NCBI GenBank assembly: GCA_013115125.1
Contig: JABANN010000239.1
Span: forward strand, 1 to 48,383
Direction of reading: 5' to 3'
Length of the DNA: 48,383 nucleotides
Origin: Perkinsus olseni
Taxonomy: Eukaryota
Positions 1 to 13,133 of the stretch are shown in pieces; positions within the stretch are counted from its first letter, which is position 1, and each line of letters starts with the position of its first letter. Below the pieces are notes generated by a model. The model saw only the letters and a list, made by a program, of their open reading frames with translations. It was not told the origin of the DNA and ran no database searches. The translations under genes were made by a program, and so were the position numbers.

Positions 1-37
1 CTTACGTCGACATCGGATTACAAGGAATTCGGACATT

Positions 38-127
38 TGTCGATTATCAAGGCGCGCGCTATCTGTCGATTATTGGGGCGCGCGCTAAATTTAGTGACAG
101 ATTTTGAGAATTTAGTGACAGACCCTG
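38..127. mobile_element. Probable end of a DNA transposon (hAT-like terminus with subterminal repeats)
   Basis: TGTCGATTAT..GGCGCGCGCTA occurs twice (from 38 and 64) and AATTTAGTGACAGA twice (88, 109). The tract ends in CCCTG at 127, which reads CAGGG on the minus strand, a common hAT-type TIR start. The partner TIR would lie outside the window. Confidence 0.4.
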
Positions 128-1256
128 GCAGTGCCGCTCTGTGGTGCTCATTTCGTGTTCTAACTCTGGCTGCACAGATCGAGAATCTCTGAAGCTGAAG
201 CGTCGCACTCTCTATGATATTGCGCCCGTCTGGCCGGATTTTCTTCGCCAAACAGTGATTTCTCGCCCTTGGGAACACTCTCAAACTTACTCACACCGGA
301 GGGAAACACCCTTTCATAGTCTGTACTGTGAATCTCAAACCTATTTCAAGAGTAACTTTGACGGTATTGTCATCGATACTGACCAAATTCTGATGAAGTT
401 TCAAGCGAATCGCCTAAGGCGATATCTATTCAAAAAGTTCAGCCCGTTGGGAAAGGACGGTCGGAACGAACCGGGCCCGCATCGTTGGGTGCGACGCTTC
501 AAGGCTAGCAGGCACATGGTAGATTGAAGCTCGTCAGACCGAGTATCAGTGCGACTACGAGCTCAGGTTCGGCTGTTGAGCTGTCCGGTCTGAACAGGCA
601 ACGCCCGGGTGATCCGGCCGTTGGCCCGGAAGCCGTCGGCGGAAGGTTGCCGTCGGCAACCAATAATTGAGTGCTTGAAGAAGATTCGGGCTTCAACAGA
701 GCCCGGCTTTGTGCACCTCTGCGTTGTGTCTCTAATTACCCCTCTCTCTTTGTCCAGTCAATATAGCGTTGTTCCCAGACTGACAATCCCAGTCCTGGGT
801 ATGGGGGTAGTACTGTGCAATTAGCACAGAGGGTCGACAACACGATGATTATCATTCTCGAACGCCAATGAGTGGAGTGGCGATCTGTTAGCATCGAACC
901 GCTCTAGTATCATTGAGTGATGATAGATCGTCGATCTCTTCTCAACTGTTTACGCAACATCCCTCCTGTCACAACACATCATCAACATCACATCACACAT
1001 AATTACAACCATAATCCTAATAACATCTCTCATGATAAAATTTGCTAAATTTGATAGACTTCAAATCGCGAAAACGGGGATTTGCGGAGAGTTAGAATCG
1101 CTCGATGCCTAGTAGATATTATCTAGGGCGAGCGAGCACCCAATAGTTGACGAATTTCCTACTCGAAGAAACGAGTTCTTTCGGTCTGTGAATGTTCGAA
1201 CGTGCTATGAGCATCAACTCAGGAGTCTTCGTGCTACTTATCTCTTTACAAGTAGA

Positions 1257-4200
1257 TCACATTACAAGTTGTACTGATCGTAGAGTGGCAGTGAAGGACG
1301 ACGAAGTGGGCTTGATTATATCAAGTTGATATCTGAGTAGCAACTTATTTGACACGTGCTTCATGTATTCTCCTTTGGGTACCGTGTTGAGTACTTGGGA
1401 TAAACTGTTCGGAGTCCTTAAAACTTTGGGTCTGATCATTAATCTATGTGCATTGAGCGACGAAGACCAAATTTCCGAGGAATGGGTCTTCGGCACGCAG
1501 CGATGACACTGTGGAAGGGCCCAACTTGGCCCCTGTCGGTGTGGGGCGCTCAGATTCTTTTCCAGCAGATCGACCCTCGGGATAGCATGTCCTCACCATT
1601 GGCGTATCCATACTAAGTATCGCTAGATGAAGAGCCGTTCAGCGCGAGAGCTTGGAGGAGAATCGGGAAAACTGGGTCAGCAAGGCTCGCCATCTGCGGT
1701 TGGGGTATTTTCTTCCGCGCAGAGAGCGGTTGGAAGCTCTCCGAACCCCCTTTTCCCCTTTTCCCCATTTCCAGGATTCAATTCTCACAGGCGGGGCCCG
1801 TTGCCGCATAGTTGAAGCGTGATGTTCACGGTATGCGACACGCAAAGCCCAGTAGGATTCGATTTGAAATGGAGTCGAAAAGAATCTTGCGAAATATCTA
1901 AACTTTCAAGTATAGTCGACAGGAGAAGTGGACACTCTGCGCTGTAGCGCAGGCCTGCAGGCTCTGGCTATAGCGGCTATAGCCGGCTACTAGCTGCGAG
2001 CCGAGCTATCCAGGAGCACGATATTCACACACTGAGCACAAGGCATGTGTGAGCATAGAAACTTCAAGCTTTACGTATTTCCCCAATTGGGATCATCAGC
2101 TAGACGAATCCAATTGGTGACGCGACAACTCAGCGACTGAGGGAGCTTCTCTCTGTCTTCGCATGTTACCACCTGTGTAGATCAGAGCAAACTGATCGGC
2201 ATCGACGCGATCCGCCAGCAACGAGATACTCACAGTGAGAACGCTTCTGCAGTGTGTATCCAGGAGAGTCGTCCATTGCGAGAGGACTTCTCCCATCACC
2301 TTTCCAGCGCTGTTCACCCACAAGTCGCAGTCATCGAACATAGCGACTGCCAAGGTAGCCGGGGAGAAACGAGAGCAAGAAGCTAGTTCACTGTAGACCT
2401 GCAGGACATTGCCATTCATCCGCGTCAGTGTGAGCAAAGAAGGATCCTCTTCGGAGCAACGGAAAACCACGACGGAACAAGGGTAGCGGGTACAGGCTGC
2501 ATTGAATGCCACTTAAGACGAGTTTCTCGGAGTCGTGACGTGGTTGACTGATTCGGCTCGTTCAAGACTCATTCTCGTTTCATGAGGCCCATACTTTGCG
2601 TAATCGACTCTGAGATTCGCCCAGCTCCGCGGCTACGATATCTGCGACGCGTACCTACAACAATTGTGATCGATGGGCTACTGGTCCATAGAGCTTGAGT
2701 ATAACGGACCCTATCAGAATCACTATGTGACAATACTGGTCTACGGGATAACTCGACCATGCTACAAGTTTGGAGCGACAAGCATCACGAAGCTCCGGAT
2801 CATTTCTGGACAGGCTTACTTCGGTAGCTTTCCCAGAAGACACGCATGACTTCAGTTTTCTCAACTCGTTCGTTTTTCCGCTGCCAGAAGGACCATAGAC
2901 GCAGATCTGATCGAGTGGGATCGGGCAGGAGAGCGATTAGAGGGGTCTCCCAGCCTACCAGACCGCCTCGCGCAGAGTACTGGCCGGGACTGTGTCGAGG
3001 AGTGAGAAGGTCCACGAGTGGGCCTGAAGGTTTCGCCTGTGGTTCTTCAGTGTAACAGACGAGATCATGAATCTGAAGGCACCCACCGAGGTCAAGGCTG
3101 TGGCTCAGTAACTGCACGAAGGTGGGACCCAGCGGCTTGTTTGAAAAGCCTCACACGCGGACCTCCTGTATCATACTATCTAGAAAACTTCAGGTAACAG
3201 GGTATCACTGTAACAGACGTTTATCGTATGGTCTATGGGTATACTGTACACTGATATACAGTGATACGAAAGCCTATCTAGAATAATAGAGAAAACCTGA
3301 GCTTGAGGCTGCCAGCGGCTGCAAGCAGCATGGCTGGGGCGTAGCCAGTCGCGCCATAGTACCTCTTCACCACTCAATCGAATCAGACCGCAAGATTGGC
3401 CAAGCATCTCAGCCACAGCCGCAGAAGGAGAGAGAAAGATGATTCTCAGTCCTCGAGCGACGCTCCTTGTGAGCCATAAGGCCAGGGCGACCGACGAGTC
3501 CAGGGATGAAGCAGCCTGAACAACATTCGTTCAACAGAATGATATAATTGCTCGAGCGAACATTCGAGGCTACAGCGTCGAGTCTGACCTAAGCTCGACT
3601 CACCGCTGGGTGGGAGTCATCCCACTCGTCATCCTCTCCACCTGAGCCACTTTCAGCGCTTGAAGGCAGCATGTGCGAAGCAGCGTCATCCGCAGCCCTT
3701 AGACACACCGTGGGGTCCCGGATGACGATGACCCGCTTTTCATCCTCTCGATCGAAAGCCTCTGATAAGATGCTCTCGAGTAGGTCCACAGAGGAGCCTC
3801 CGAATCTCCTGAACATCCACCTCGTTGTTCGACCCTCGTGTGCACGGATAGCTTACGTCATTAGCTCATGAAGACCGTATTCCTCGACGACTGTTCCGGA
3901 TGATTTATCGCAGAAGCTGTGTATCCATTGAGAGACGCACCGCATGGTCGCCCGTCTACTCCCCGGAGTGCTTCCGCCACAATCAACAGCTAGTGCCTGT
4001 AAAGATGACCACGTCACTGCTGCGGTCCCGAGGGAGTCTTGCATAATACTGCCCTAGGGCAGTGTTGTCTATCGGTGTTGAAAGGATGGGACACACCGTG
4101 CCCCATAATTTAGTTAAACCTCGCATTACCTTCGAAGCCAGCGGACTGCGAGTTCCTCGGAGAAAGTCTCTGAGCACATAGAGCGACTCCGACGTTCGCA

Positions 4201-4500
4201 GACGACTCCCAGCGCTTTGTTGCTCGCCACGAAACGAGTCCATGTTGAGTCAGAAACGGTCTCATAACTCGAAGATCAGATCTCTCCCGAAGTTACGTCC
4301 TCGAATCTTTGAGTACCATAGAGTCGTCACGACCCTCAAGGCTCGACCTGAAGGCGCGCCGAGCGTAGTCTCGTACAAGGTTCGCACAAGATCGTGGGAC
4401 CTTTTTCTCCCAGTCGCCCTCCTCAAAAGCGACTGAGCCACCAGTCGCGAGTTTGTAGATCCCAACCTGTCCTTCCAACTCGGAACGCAACACGTAGATC
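1257..4500 (-). pseudogene. Decayed retroelement-like (gag/protease-like) coding remnant
   Basis: Broken minus-strand ORFs with no obvious splice pattern. At ~1467-1508 the translation is CHRCVPKTHSSEIW, a C-x2-C-x4-H-x4-(C>W) zinc knuckle. It is followed in frame by VLNTV, possibly a decayed LDTG protease motif. Boundaries are approximate. Confidence 0.35.
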
Positions 4501-4671
4501 GGCTGGGATGAAGATTCCTACTCTTCTAGTAATTGAAGGCACCGAAATATTCCAATATTACAAGACACTGAGATAGCTCGTAGACGCGCTGTGTGTAGTC
4601 TTCCTACGAGTAGAGACGTTCGCTCAAGCAGAAGTGATATAGGTACAGGAATAACGAAGAAAAGATAAAGC

Positions 4672-7600
4672 TTAAAAGCGACGATGAGTCTTCTTCATAT
4701 GAAGGCTTCGCCGCGGAATACTCGGCGGCTTTGCTAGAACTGCCGCCTTGAGTTCATCGATCTCAACAGAGCTGATCGGACAAAGCAGCGGTTGAGGACG
4801 ATTGTTCCTAGCCGAAGAGGATGATTACCTGTTCAAATTCGATTCGGGCTCCCATGAAGCCTCGGAAAGAGGGTATCCCTCCCATTTGACTAGGAACTTC
4901 CTATGTCCACGATTATCCAGCTTCCACTGTAGTAGCTTCTCGACTGCGAACCTATAAGTCAAAGTTACCCAAAATTCCGACCGGCAGAGCGAGAGCTCCA
5001 GAGACCTCTTCAACTCAGGACTGGGTACTTACACTTCGTCTGCTTCGGATTCATCTTCCTCCTCATCCAACGGTGAAGAATCGTTGGACGGCTGCACGAC
5101 TTTCTCGTCCTTCACGGATTTAATTTTATCAACCGCATCGAGTTTCTTAAGGCGGGCTGCCCTGGTTGGCGGTTCCTAGAAGTCTCATTCAAATATACGC
5201 GAAGTGCTCCGCGCGTCTTACCGCATTCGGATCCGCCTTGTGCTGTGGCTTCCCCTTGCCTACGAGTTTTTCCACCTTTCTGCCAGAATCCATCTCCCCC
5301 GTTGCCGAGCTTCGCCTCCGTCTTTTCGTCTTTCCGGGTGCAGGAGACTCCGGCCTACCCTTGCTCGATAATCTGCGCTTCCCATGTTGTTCCTTCTGTG
5401 AAAGGTTCTTTTTTCTCTCTAATTTACTGTCCGCGTCCTGGGCGAGTAGCTCAGACCGCTCACCAGACGATGCCGAGTTAGTCGAATCACCGGACTTCTG
5501 ATCCGGCACATCAGACGTAGACGCTCCCTCCACCTGTACAGCGGGCCGGGCTCCAGTCTTCTCTACCCCCTCTTCCCCAATGGCCTGTCCAGTTAGAGGG
5601 TCAGCGGCAGTCGTGACGGAAGCCCTGAAAGGTTGTGAAAATGGGAGTTGTGAAGTTGCGAAGCAGCTTACTCGTCTCGAGCATCCTTTGCCGCATCAGA
5701 TTCTCCTACTGCGGCCGATGCAGGTTCAGCCCGAGATTCATGAGCCTCGGTCGGGGCAGGCGCCGGGAAATTCTGGGAACCACCCGCCACGACTTGGGCT
5801 GCCGTAAGTTCACTCGGAGATAAATCCGCCTTTGGCGAGACTGCCACAGACCCATCTAGGGGACCATCAGACACGACCTGGGCTGTGGTAGATTCACGTG
5901 GAGATACATCCACAACCACCGTATCCGTTGCAGGCTCGTCGTGAGAACCATTAGCCACGACCGGGGCTGTCGCAGGTCCATCTGGAGACAAATCCACCAT
6001 TGCCGAGGCCGTCGCAGGTTCATCTTGGGGACCATTAGCCATGACCGCGGCTTCCGTAGGTTCAGCCGGAGAGCCTTCGGCCGCCACAGCGGTCGACGTG
6101 GCTTCATTCGGAGCATCATCAGTCACAACTGTGGCCTCGAACACATCACTGTCATCATCTTCGTCATCAGAACAAACGACCTCGACGTCCGCGGCTTGTG
6201 CGTTCTCTGAAGAAGGCAGAAGACTCTACGCCAGCACATATGCCCCACAGCAGGCGAATAGCAGAACTTTTCGAAGGAGCTGTCTATAGCCCGGCAGCTT
6301 GAAATTATACTTTAGTCACTCGAGTGAGAGGAACGATACTTGGCGCATACTTTCAGGAGGGCTGAAAACAATCCGCTTACCAATCACAGTTTCTGGTTCC
6401 ATTTCTGAAGCTTCCGTAGAGCTACTTTGCACCACCGAGGCGCTCGTTGACGGTTGGTCAGGTGAAGGCGCTCGATACGCTGAACGACGCTCATGAATGT
6501 TGCAGTGTACCGAGCTCGCATCATACCGTTTGTTCGAACCGCCTCTTGCCTGCCCCGCGATTGATCCAGCGCTCTGACCGTACTCACCAGGTATTCTGTA
6601 GGTAGGTTGGAACGCTGAAAATATCTCAATATTGATGAGCGGATCACCCATCCCTCCGTGAGGACACTTCACGAAGCAACAAGCTGACCATCATCACCTG
6701 GAATATTGAGAGCGCGACCTTGATCTCTCTATAGTGGCTAGCACACAGGCCGAAGGTCACCATATTCGTGTCACCACGCATGGATCGGGCAACGTACATG
6801 GGCCTCGCCTTACCTGAGGAGCAGGAATATGCAGTCAATCAGGCATGGCAAGCGGGCGCACCGGCACGGAGGATCTCTTCGGGTACTGTGTCATTCCATG
6901 CTAGATCCTCATTGTTGCAACCTTGGTGAGCGCAGAGAACGCCGGCGATTCGGGACGTTGGAAGCCAGCCCGAAGGCGGGGAGGGCTGAGCGACAGGTCT
7001 TGCAAATACATGATATTCTGTACAAATCTCACCGTTCGCCGTTCAGGAGGCGGCGGTGCCGGCGCCGGGGTTGAGGGGTTAGCTCCAGGAGGGCAGGGTC
7101 TGAATGCGGCCTTGGCTCTCATGTCCGCGCGCAATCGATCAATCAATGCTGCATTGACTCGGGGTCTTGTCGCGTTCATGAGATGAGGCGGTGATGGTAC
7201 AGGACTAAGGCAGTGTGCGAGGTTCCCGGAAGGGATCATCTCGACGGAACCCGTACTTCGTAGTTGGTTTCACAGGGGCCGCCGGCGCGCTACTCCGCGA
7301 TGACATTTGAATTCTTGCGCAGAGGGCCGCGAGTGCTGCTGGTGTGAATCCGGGTGCTGAGCCTGATGTACCTGAGTGACGACCATCTACGAGCTCCCAT
7401 TTCACGATATCAACCGTAGCCCAAAGCAGATCCTTGATCAGGAACTAATCCGAACCCTCCTTATGCCAGTAAAGTTCCTGCCGTCAAGACCGGGCTCCGA
7501 CAAGACGAGCGCCAACAGTTGGGCAGCTCAACACAAGCTTTAGCTCACTCTTGAGCGGGAACATGTGATTCGAGTGAGTGGTGACCACCCAATGAGAACT

Positions 7601-7727
7601 CACTTGAGCTGGGAGACGACGGAGGAGGTGGCGACGATAGGAACTGGCGTGCAACGTCACTCGCACCGGTGTAGTTCATGGGGTGGACGAAACCAGGCAT
7701 ATTAGTTGTAGGAGCTTCCTGGGTCAT
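4672..7727 (-). CDS. Multi-exon chromodomain protein (C-terminal chromodomain, acidic repeat region, basic NLS-like patch)
   Basis: The spliced C-terminus reads DEV|FAVEKLLQWKLDNRGHRKFLVKWEGYPLSEASWEPESNLN, a canonical chromodomain; the last exon ends KKTHRRF* (TAA 4672-4674). Upstream exons join through GT-AG introns and include KTKRRRRS and the 14-aa repeats. The start (MTQEAP, 7727) and the N-terminal exons are less certain. Confidence 0.8.
5769..6110 (-). repeat. Coding 42-nt (14-aa) degenerate tandem repeat, ~8 units
   Basis: EATSTAVAAEGSPA / EPTEAAVMANGPQD / EPATASAMVDLSPD / GPATAPVVANGSHD / EPATDTVVVDVSPR / ESTTAQVVSDGPLD / GSVAVSPKADLSPS / ELTAAQVVAGGSQN. Confidence 0.8.
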
Positions 7728-9507
7728 GCCAGTGAAACTGATAGTCCAGCGTGCTCAATGTTCCGAGTCAACGAATGCCCATTCGGTAACCCAACAGAGT
7801 GCTCAAAACAGCAGTGAGATGAAATCTGGCTTATGCCACACACTCGGAGTACTCACTTCCTACGTCTAGGGCTCATACGAAGCGCAATTATCAAAGGTCA
7901 CTCTGTCAACCTCGTCCCGTCGGAGCGCGATCCATTTTTCTCGGATGTCTCCCAACTGTGACGCAGTCAACTCCGAGTCTCCTTCTGCTGGCTTGAATTC
8001 TGGGAGCTTACGAACCTGAGGATTACTTGATGCTCATTCAAGTGAAATAGCGACTGGCGGCCAGTCACAGGTTCGCTCACGATAACGAAGTAACGAATGA
8101 AAGAGTATAGGCCAGCATCGACGTGTGGCTGGAGTCGACCGGAGGCGAGCGCGTTAAAAGCTCTCAGACAGTGTTATCCCATGTTCGCCGGCATACGCCG
8201 TCCGCACAACCCGCGAGAAAGTACCTCGGACTGAGCCTCATTCAATGAGGGTACGACGGGACGAACGTATGCTTGAACTGTCTCGATAGCAATCGAGCGT
8301 GATTCCAGCCGGCTTGTGCCGACTCGGCACTGCCGAGTAAGGCGTGCACAATTGGCATTGCACATTTGGCGTGAGCGCATGCGTCCATAAGCTATGCGCA
8401 TGCGTGCATCATAGAGAGTAGGTGACACAGACGGTCCACGAGGGACGCCCGGTGTCGCGTCGGGTGAAGACCCTTCACAGGGGAGAGGGGCAACCGATCG
8501 AACCACGATCACCTCAAAACAATAATTCAACGAACTGCACCATCTTTCGTACAAACCGTGATCGTGGCGGTCCAGTGGTTGATGAGCTCGACATGGAAAT
8601 GACCGGGATCAAAAGATTTTCTTCTTATCTCTCGACGTATTGAGTTGCCTCGGCGGAGTTGGTGCTGTTGTAGACCAAAGATCTTGGGGATCTTGGGAGA
8701 ATGTTTCGTGAAGATACAAAAGTATACGCAGAGCGTTGCTCATTCAGGTTGCTCATTGGTTGCGATGATTTTGACCCGATTTGAACAGATCTTCTGGTTG
8801 GAAGCGAGCAACCGTGTAGTTCTCCGCCAGGGGTTGAAGATGTGAGGCCCTTATGATGGGGGGAGGCTTCTGTGGTAGAGTCTACCAGGTCGAGCGCCAG
8901 GTTAGTGAGCCACCGTAGCATCTGCCATAAACCATAGCCCCCATGGGCCATGTATTGCCCCATTTTAAAGTCCGGTCGTGCTCAGTTGCTCAGCGGAGGT
9001 GGGCCAAAGTGCCCTAGTGCGGCGAGATGTATTGGGTCGGCGGACCGTCTCTCTGGAGGGAAAGTTCTCCGGTGCGTTACCTATGGGAAAGTGCGAGCGC
9101 GCCTCTGCTGAGGTGTGCGCGGTTGGTGAGAGTGATGTCTTACGCGCGAATCGTCCTTTGAACACGTCCAATATATTTAACTATGATCAAACTGAAGGCC
9201 AACTGACAGTTGAATTTCCAGAAATTTACAGTTGGCACCTGTCAATTTCTGGACAGAATATTGTGCCGCAATCGCAACGTACTTGGTTACTCTCATCTGA
9301 GAATATGACTCGTGACGCTTTAGCTTCGCTCGTGATAGACAGAGAAGGATTGTGTTCAGAGCAGAATATAGAGGTAGGGAGACAGCGTCACAATCATCTA
9401 TGAGGTTCACAGTGATCACAGTGAACCGGCGTCACTGGTACAATTCAAAGGAAGATCACGACAAACGTCTATAATCAAGTAATGCGAGTTTGTTGGTTTA
9501 TATGCCG

Positions 9508-10424
9508 TTAATGCCGCGCGGTTCGTAGAAGAGGGGAGCCGGGTGAGGCACGGTAAATTATGTCTCCCGAGTACATGCTAGTTCGGCCCGACTCACCAAA
9601 ACTCTCAATCTCCGATCTATCATGCCCTCTGGGTCGTAAAATCGGTATCTGAGTTACGCATACGTAAGTTTCTGAAACGAGCATTGACAAGAAAAGTGAC
9701 TCCGGAATCCAGCCAAAACGAATCGTCTCAAGCCCCTGAGAGACTATTATTATCAGACTCTACAGCCATGAGAGAGCTTTAGACTAACAATGTAAGTCAC
9801 AGTACTCCCGCCAGAGCGTCCCTGCTCTAAAGGGGGCTAGTTTGGTGTTGGCTACTGCACAGAGGGCTGACAATAAGAGAGATTAGAAGCTTCCTATCTC
9901 ATTGTTGCGGATCTAGTAGCAGAATTCCCCTCACCAGCGCCCTCTTTCCCAAAAGTATCGCCACTCAGTTGAATAATACTTGCTACGATCACTATGAGGG
10001 ACATGAGGGAACCTCCAGCTTACCTGCGTAGGCAAAGCTCAGCTAGCTCATCGGTGTCCTCGCTTGTGAATGTTTTGCCTGCTAGGTCATCCTCATCATC
10101 GCTCAAATGGGGGTCTACCCCTGTATTCTGAAATCAATACCATGCCTCAGAGCTCAACAAGCCACGACAAGCGAGTCCCGCGAAGTGCGAGAGTGCGCGA
10201 CCAACAAGAAGAACTGGTCGTACTTCTGTATATCTCCGGGCGCTTTCCGCCATCTCCTCCCGAGTTCGTATACCCATCATTCGCTTTCGGCGCCTCTCAG
10301 TGGAATCATCAACGTCCACCGTAGAGAAGAACCGTGGGACGGCGTGCAACGCAGGGGATGCAGAGGCCAACCGCCCGAGACTGGCAGCAGCCATGACGGG
10401 CACTGCACGCCCACAGATCTGCAT
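9508..10424 (-). CDS. Multi-exon hypothetical protein with mitochondrial-type presequence
   Basis: N-terminus MQICGRAVPVMAAASLGRLASASPALHAVPRFFST is Arg/Ala/Ser-rich, has no acidic residues and ends in RFFST. Exons such as NTGVDPHLSDDEDD..ELCLR and KYYSTEWRYFWERGRW are flanked by GT/AG. The 3' exons are tentative. Confidence 0.5.
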
Positions 10425-10556
10425 GGTTTCTAGATTCAATTTCTGCAACGGCGATAACATTGAACCGAAAATAGTAGTGGAAACTGAGCGAGGTTACTAC
10501 TGGTTCCACACGAAGCCCATCAACACAAGAGGCTTTAATTGGTACGTTGGTAGAAT

Positions 10557-11509
10557 CTATCTTCCTTTCCGCGACTTAGACCTCCCGCCAGCCCCACCGG
10601 ACTTAGCCCCATATTTCTTGAGAATATCCTTGGATACAGCAAGCATACCATCCTTCATTTTGCCTGCAATCGATGCCGAACACACATGGCACTACACATA
10701 CAAATCGCACAACATTTTACCTCCCTTATACGCCGCGGTGCCTCCACCCCTACCACTCGTGAAGACCGCCCCGACCGAGTCCATGAGCTTAGCATCAGTT
10801 TCTTCACGCTTCTGTCTGGCAGCCTTCTTTCGCGCCTACAGAAGAGTATTGCCACAAATCTTCAAGTAGAGTCACAAGCAGCCCGAGGGAACACCCCCGA
10901 GCCCGCTCACCCGATCAGCATCGCCTATAGTCGTGTACTTCAATGTCGAGACATTCACGCCCATATACTGTGCCTGAGAGAGTGAAAGGCGCCCTCACGG
11001 CACAGCGGGCGGACAAAATAGCCCAGGTGGGTTACCTTTTCTTTGCTCGCGTCCACCAGGCGGTGTCGGTCTTCACGCATCTTGCGGAGATGAGTGATAT
11101 TGTGGCCAGTCTCTTTTCCAACCTGAAGCAACCAACCAACTCCCCTGCAAAACCCAACGAGCATGCCCCTTGACCGCACCTTTCCGCCAAGGGCCGTGAA
11201 CTTGGCGTCCATGTACTGCCGCTTCGATTTCTTATCCTTCGTTTTAGGATACACTGAGTGCAGGACAGACCCGCTGGGCGAAAATTAACCCCTCGCCAGG
11301 ACAACTCCAACCCCCATGGACTGCACTTTTATTCTCTCACTGATCTCCCACTCCCTGGCGCCCCCTGGGCTCCCCAGAACTCCTACCATAATTGAGCATA
11401 TCTTGCAGGGCTTTATTGAATACTTTCTCCTCTTCATCCTCTCGCTGAGAGGCAGATGTGGGCTTCTTTTTCGAAGGCGGTGGTGCTATGTAGGACGCAG
11501 ACTTCTTGT
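10557..11509 (-). CDS. DUF4602 / C1orf131 (Faf1-like) 40S biogenesis factor homologue; 5' exon(s) unresolved
   Basis: Spliced product ..EEKVFNKALQDMLNYG..KDKKSKRQYMDAKFTALGGK|VGKETGH..ASKEK|ARKKAARQKREE..YKG|GKMKDGMLAVSKDILKKYG..KGR*. The LG.K and GK.K.G.L..S..(D)I.K motifs resemble the DUF4602 family as I recall it. Confidence 0.6.
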
Positions 11510-11939
11510 CTGCAACCAACCACGGCGATATAAGTGACTTCGCGGTCGAAAAAGGAAATCAATATCCTCCGCTCCCAGAGCTGTGCGTGACTATATTGCG
11601 TAACACGCCGAGTAGCCAGACTGAATACCACTCCGAATGATGCTCTACACACTCATCCTGGTACAGGCTCGAGTGGAGGACCCAACTACGAAGCCCCATC
11701 AGCACACCAACACCATAGATACATGACTCCAGTCTTCCTTGGCGCCTCGGACAAGCTCCGCGAACAGATAGAGATGGCGATTGAAGACCGTGTCGGCGAT
11801 TGGCGAGAGAGTTCCCGAAACACACTGTCCTCACTTGTCATTTTCTCCACAGAACTCGCCATGAAGTCCCCGCCGGCGTGGTCCGGGCGGATCGATGGAG
11901 TAGGTTTTTTCTCTCGTGTCTGCCACAAGCATGAAACTC

Positions 11940-12857
11940 ACCTCAACTGGCCGAGGCCCTCACTAGGAGATATCACCCGCGCCCCACGACATTCCTTCCG
12001 CTACAGTTTACGCTCTCACCTCGCATAGCGTTTACGAGTTTTCTGATCTTCCACGACCACCCCGAGCTCCTACTGTTACACCTCGGCAGCGTTGGCCTGA
12101 TGAACCCATACTACCTCCGCTTTCTCGCCAGTCCCCCTGTCAGCTGCAAATGACCATTCTGCTTTGTTAGTCGGGGCCTTTGAAACCACCTTCTCCTTTT
12201 TCGCCTTGTCTGCTATTGCCTCCTTTCTAGCTAGAACCTGGACCAGAAAACTGATGAGGCATAATAATGACTCAACCGTCGAATACTCCGGAGACCGCTT
12301 CACATCACGCGTTACAGGGCGTAGTATGCATTCAAAGCTCTCTACCTCAGAGAGCTGACTCGACCATGGATGCTTCGCCTGCCCGAGTAAAAGTCCCGAA
12401 AGATAGCACCGCGCTCACACTACTGAAGGCCTTGGCACATGCGAGCCGAGCGGCATCAACGAAGCGCGAGCTTCTCTGGGTACTACACTCTTAGGCTGTA
12501 TTCCGTCATCAAAACAGGACATGAACGACTCCATCCTCTCTGCCAGCCGCGCATTGGCCTCCTAACAAATGAAATCCTACAGGGGACCAGACTAGCTCAA
12601 AGTAAGCTTCGCTAGTTAACCGCAACGTAACTACTGAGGTATACACTTCGCCGAACTTTCATCCAGCCTCAGTCAGGGTCGATAACTTGCTAAGTCCATC
12701 AACCACCTACTACATCTGTCACGCTACCGTTATATCATGTAATAAGGCTGGTGTACCGAGCCCCAAGTTGGGCCTGTAATGAATTACCTGCTCCCAATCG
12801 CTTTCCGACTCCGATACCGGTTCGCTCTTCTCAGATGAGGGTGGTGGCCGCGGCATC
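11940..12857 (-). CDS. Hypothetical multi-exon protein (model incomplete)
   Basis: Exon-like blocks MPRPPPSSEKSEPVSESESDWEQ|gt, EANARLAERMES and VLARKEAIADKAKKEKVVSKAPTNKAEWSFAADRG carry splice signals, but I could not close all the frames. Confidence 0.35.
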
Positions 12858-13133
12858 TTGAACAAACCTCTGAGATCCAGCGGGTTCGCGATCGTATCTT
12901 CTGCGGGCAGGACTGCAAATCTTCGGGCCTCCATCGCAGTATGTAGAGTTTTTAGGTGCAAAGATAGGACGCGTGACTTCGCCCCCTTATTTGCAGCTCA
13001 GCCGCCCGCAAGCCTGTCTCGCGCTTTCACTCCAGCAAGACACGAAAAATCTCTGGAAACTGCTCCTTGAAAACTCGTACACGCAATGGTCCTCACCAAC
13101 GACACCCGCGAAAGTCACTTCACGACCAGGTCC

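Noticed and set aside
969-1033. G-free CA/AT-rich tract
   Set aside because: Low-complexity sequence with no periodic unit or structure.
8912-8925. ACCGTAGCATCT resembling the Perkinsus/dinoflagellate spliced leader (also ACCGTAGCC at ~7413)
   Set aside because: The match is short, lacks the TGGCTCAAG half and is not positioned before a gene start.
7900-9450. Short ORFs and GCGCATGCG words (~8375-8405)
   Set aside because: No coherent gene model or TE motif, and the motif alone is too weak to call a promoter.
10300-10869. 189-aa plus-strand ORF
   Set aside because: It is antisense to two better-supported spliced minus-strand genes and has no recognisable motif.
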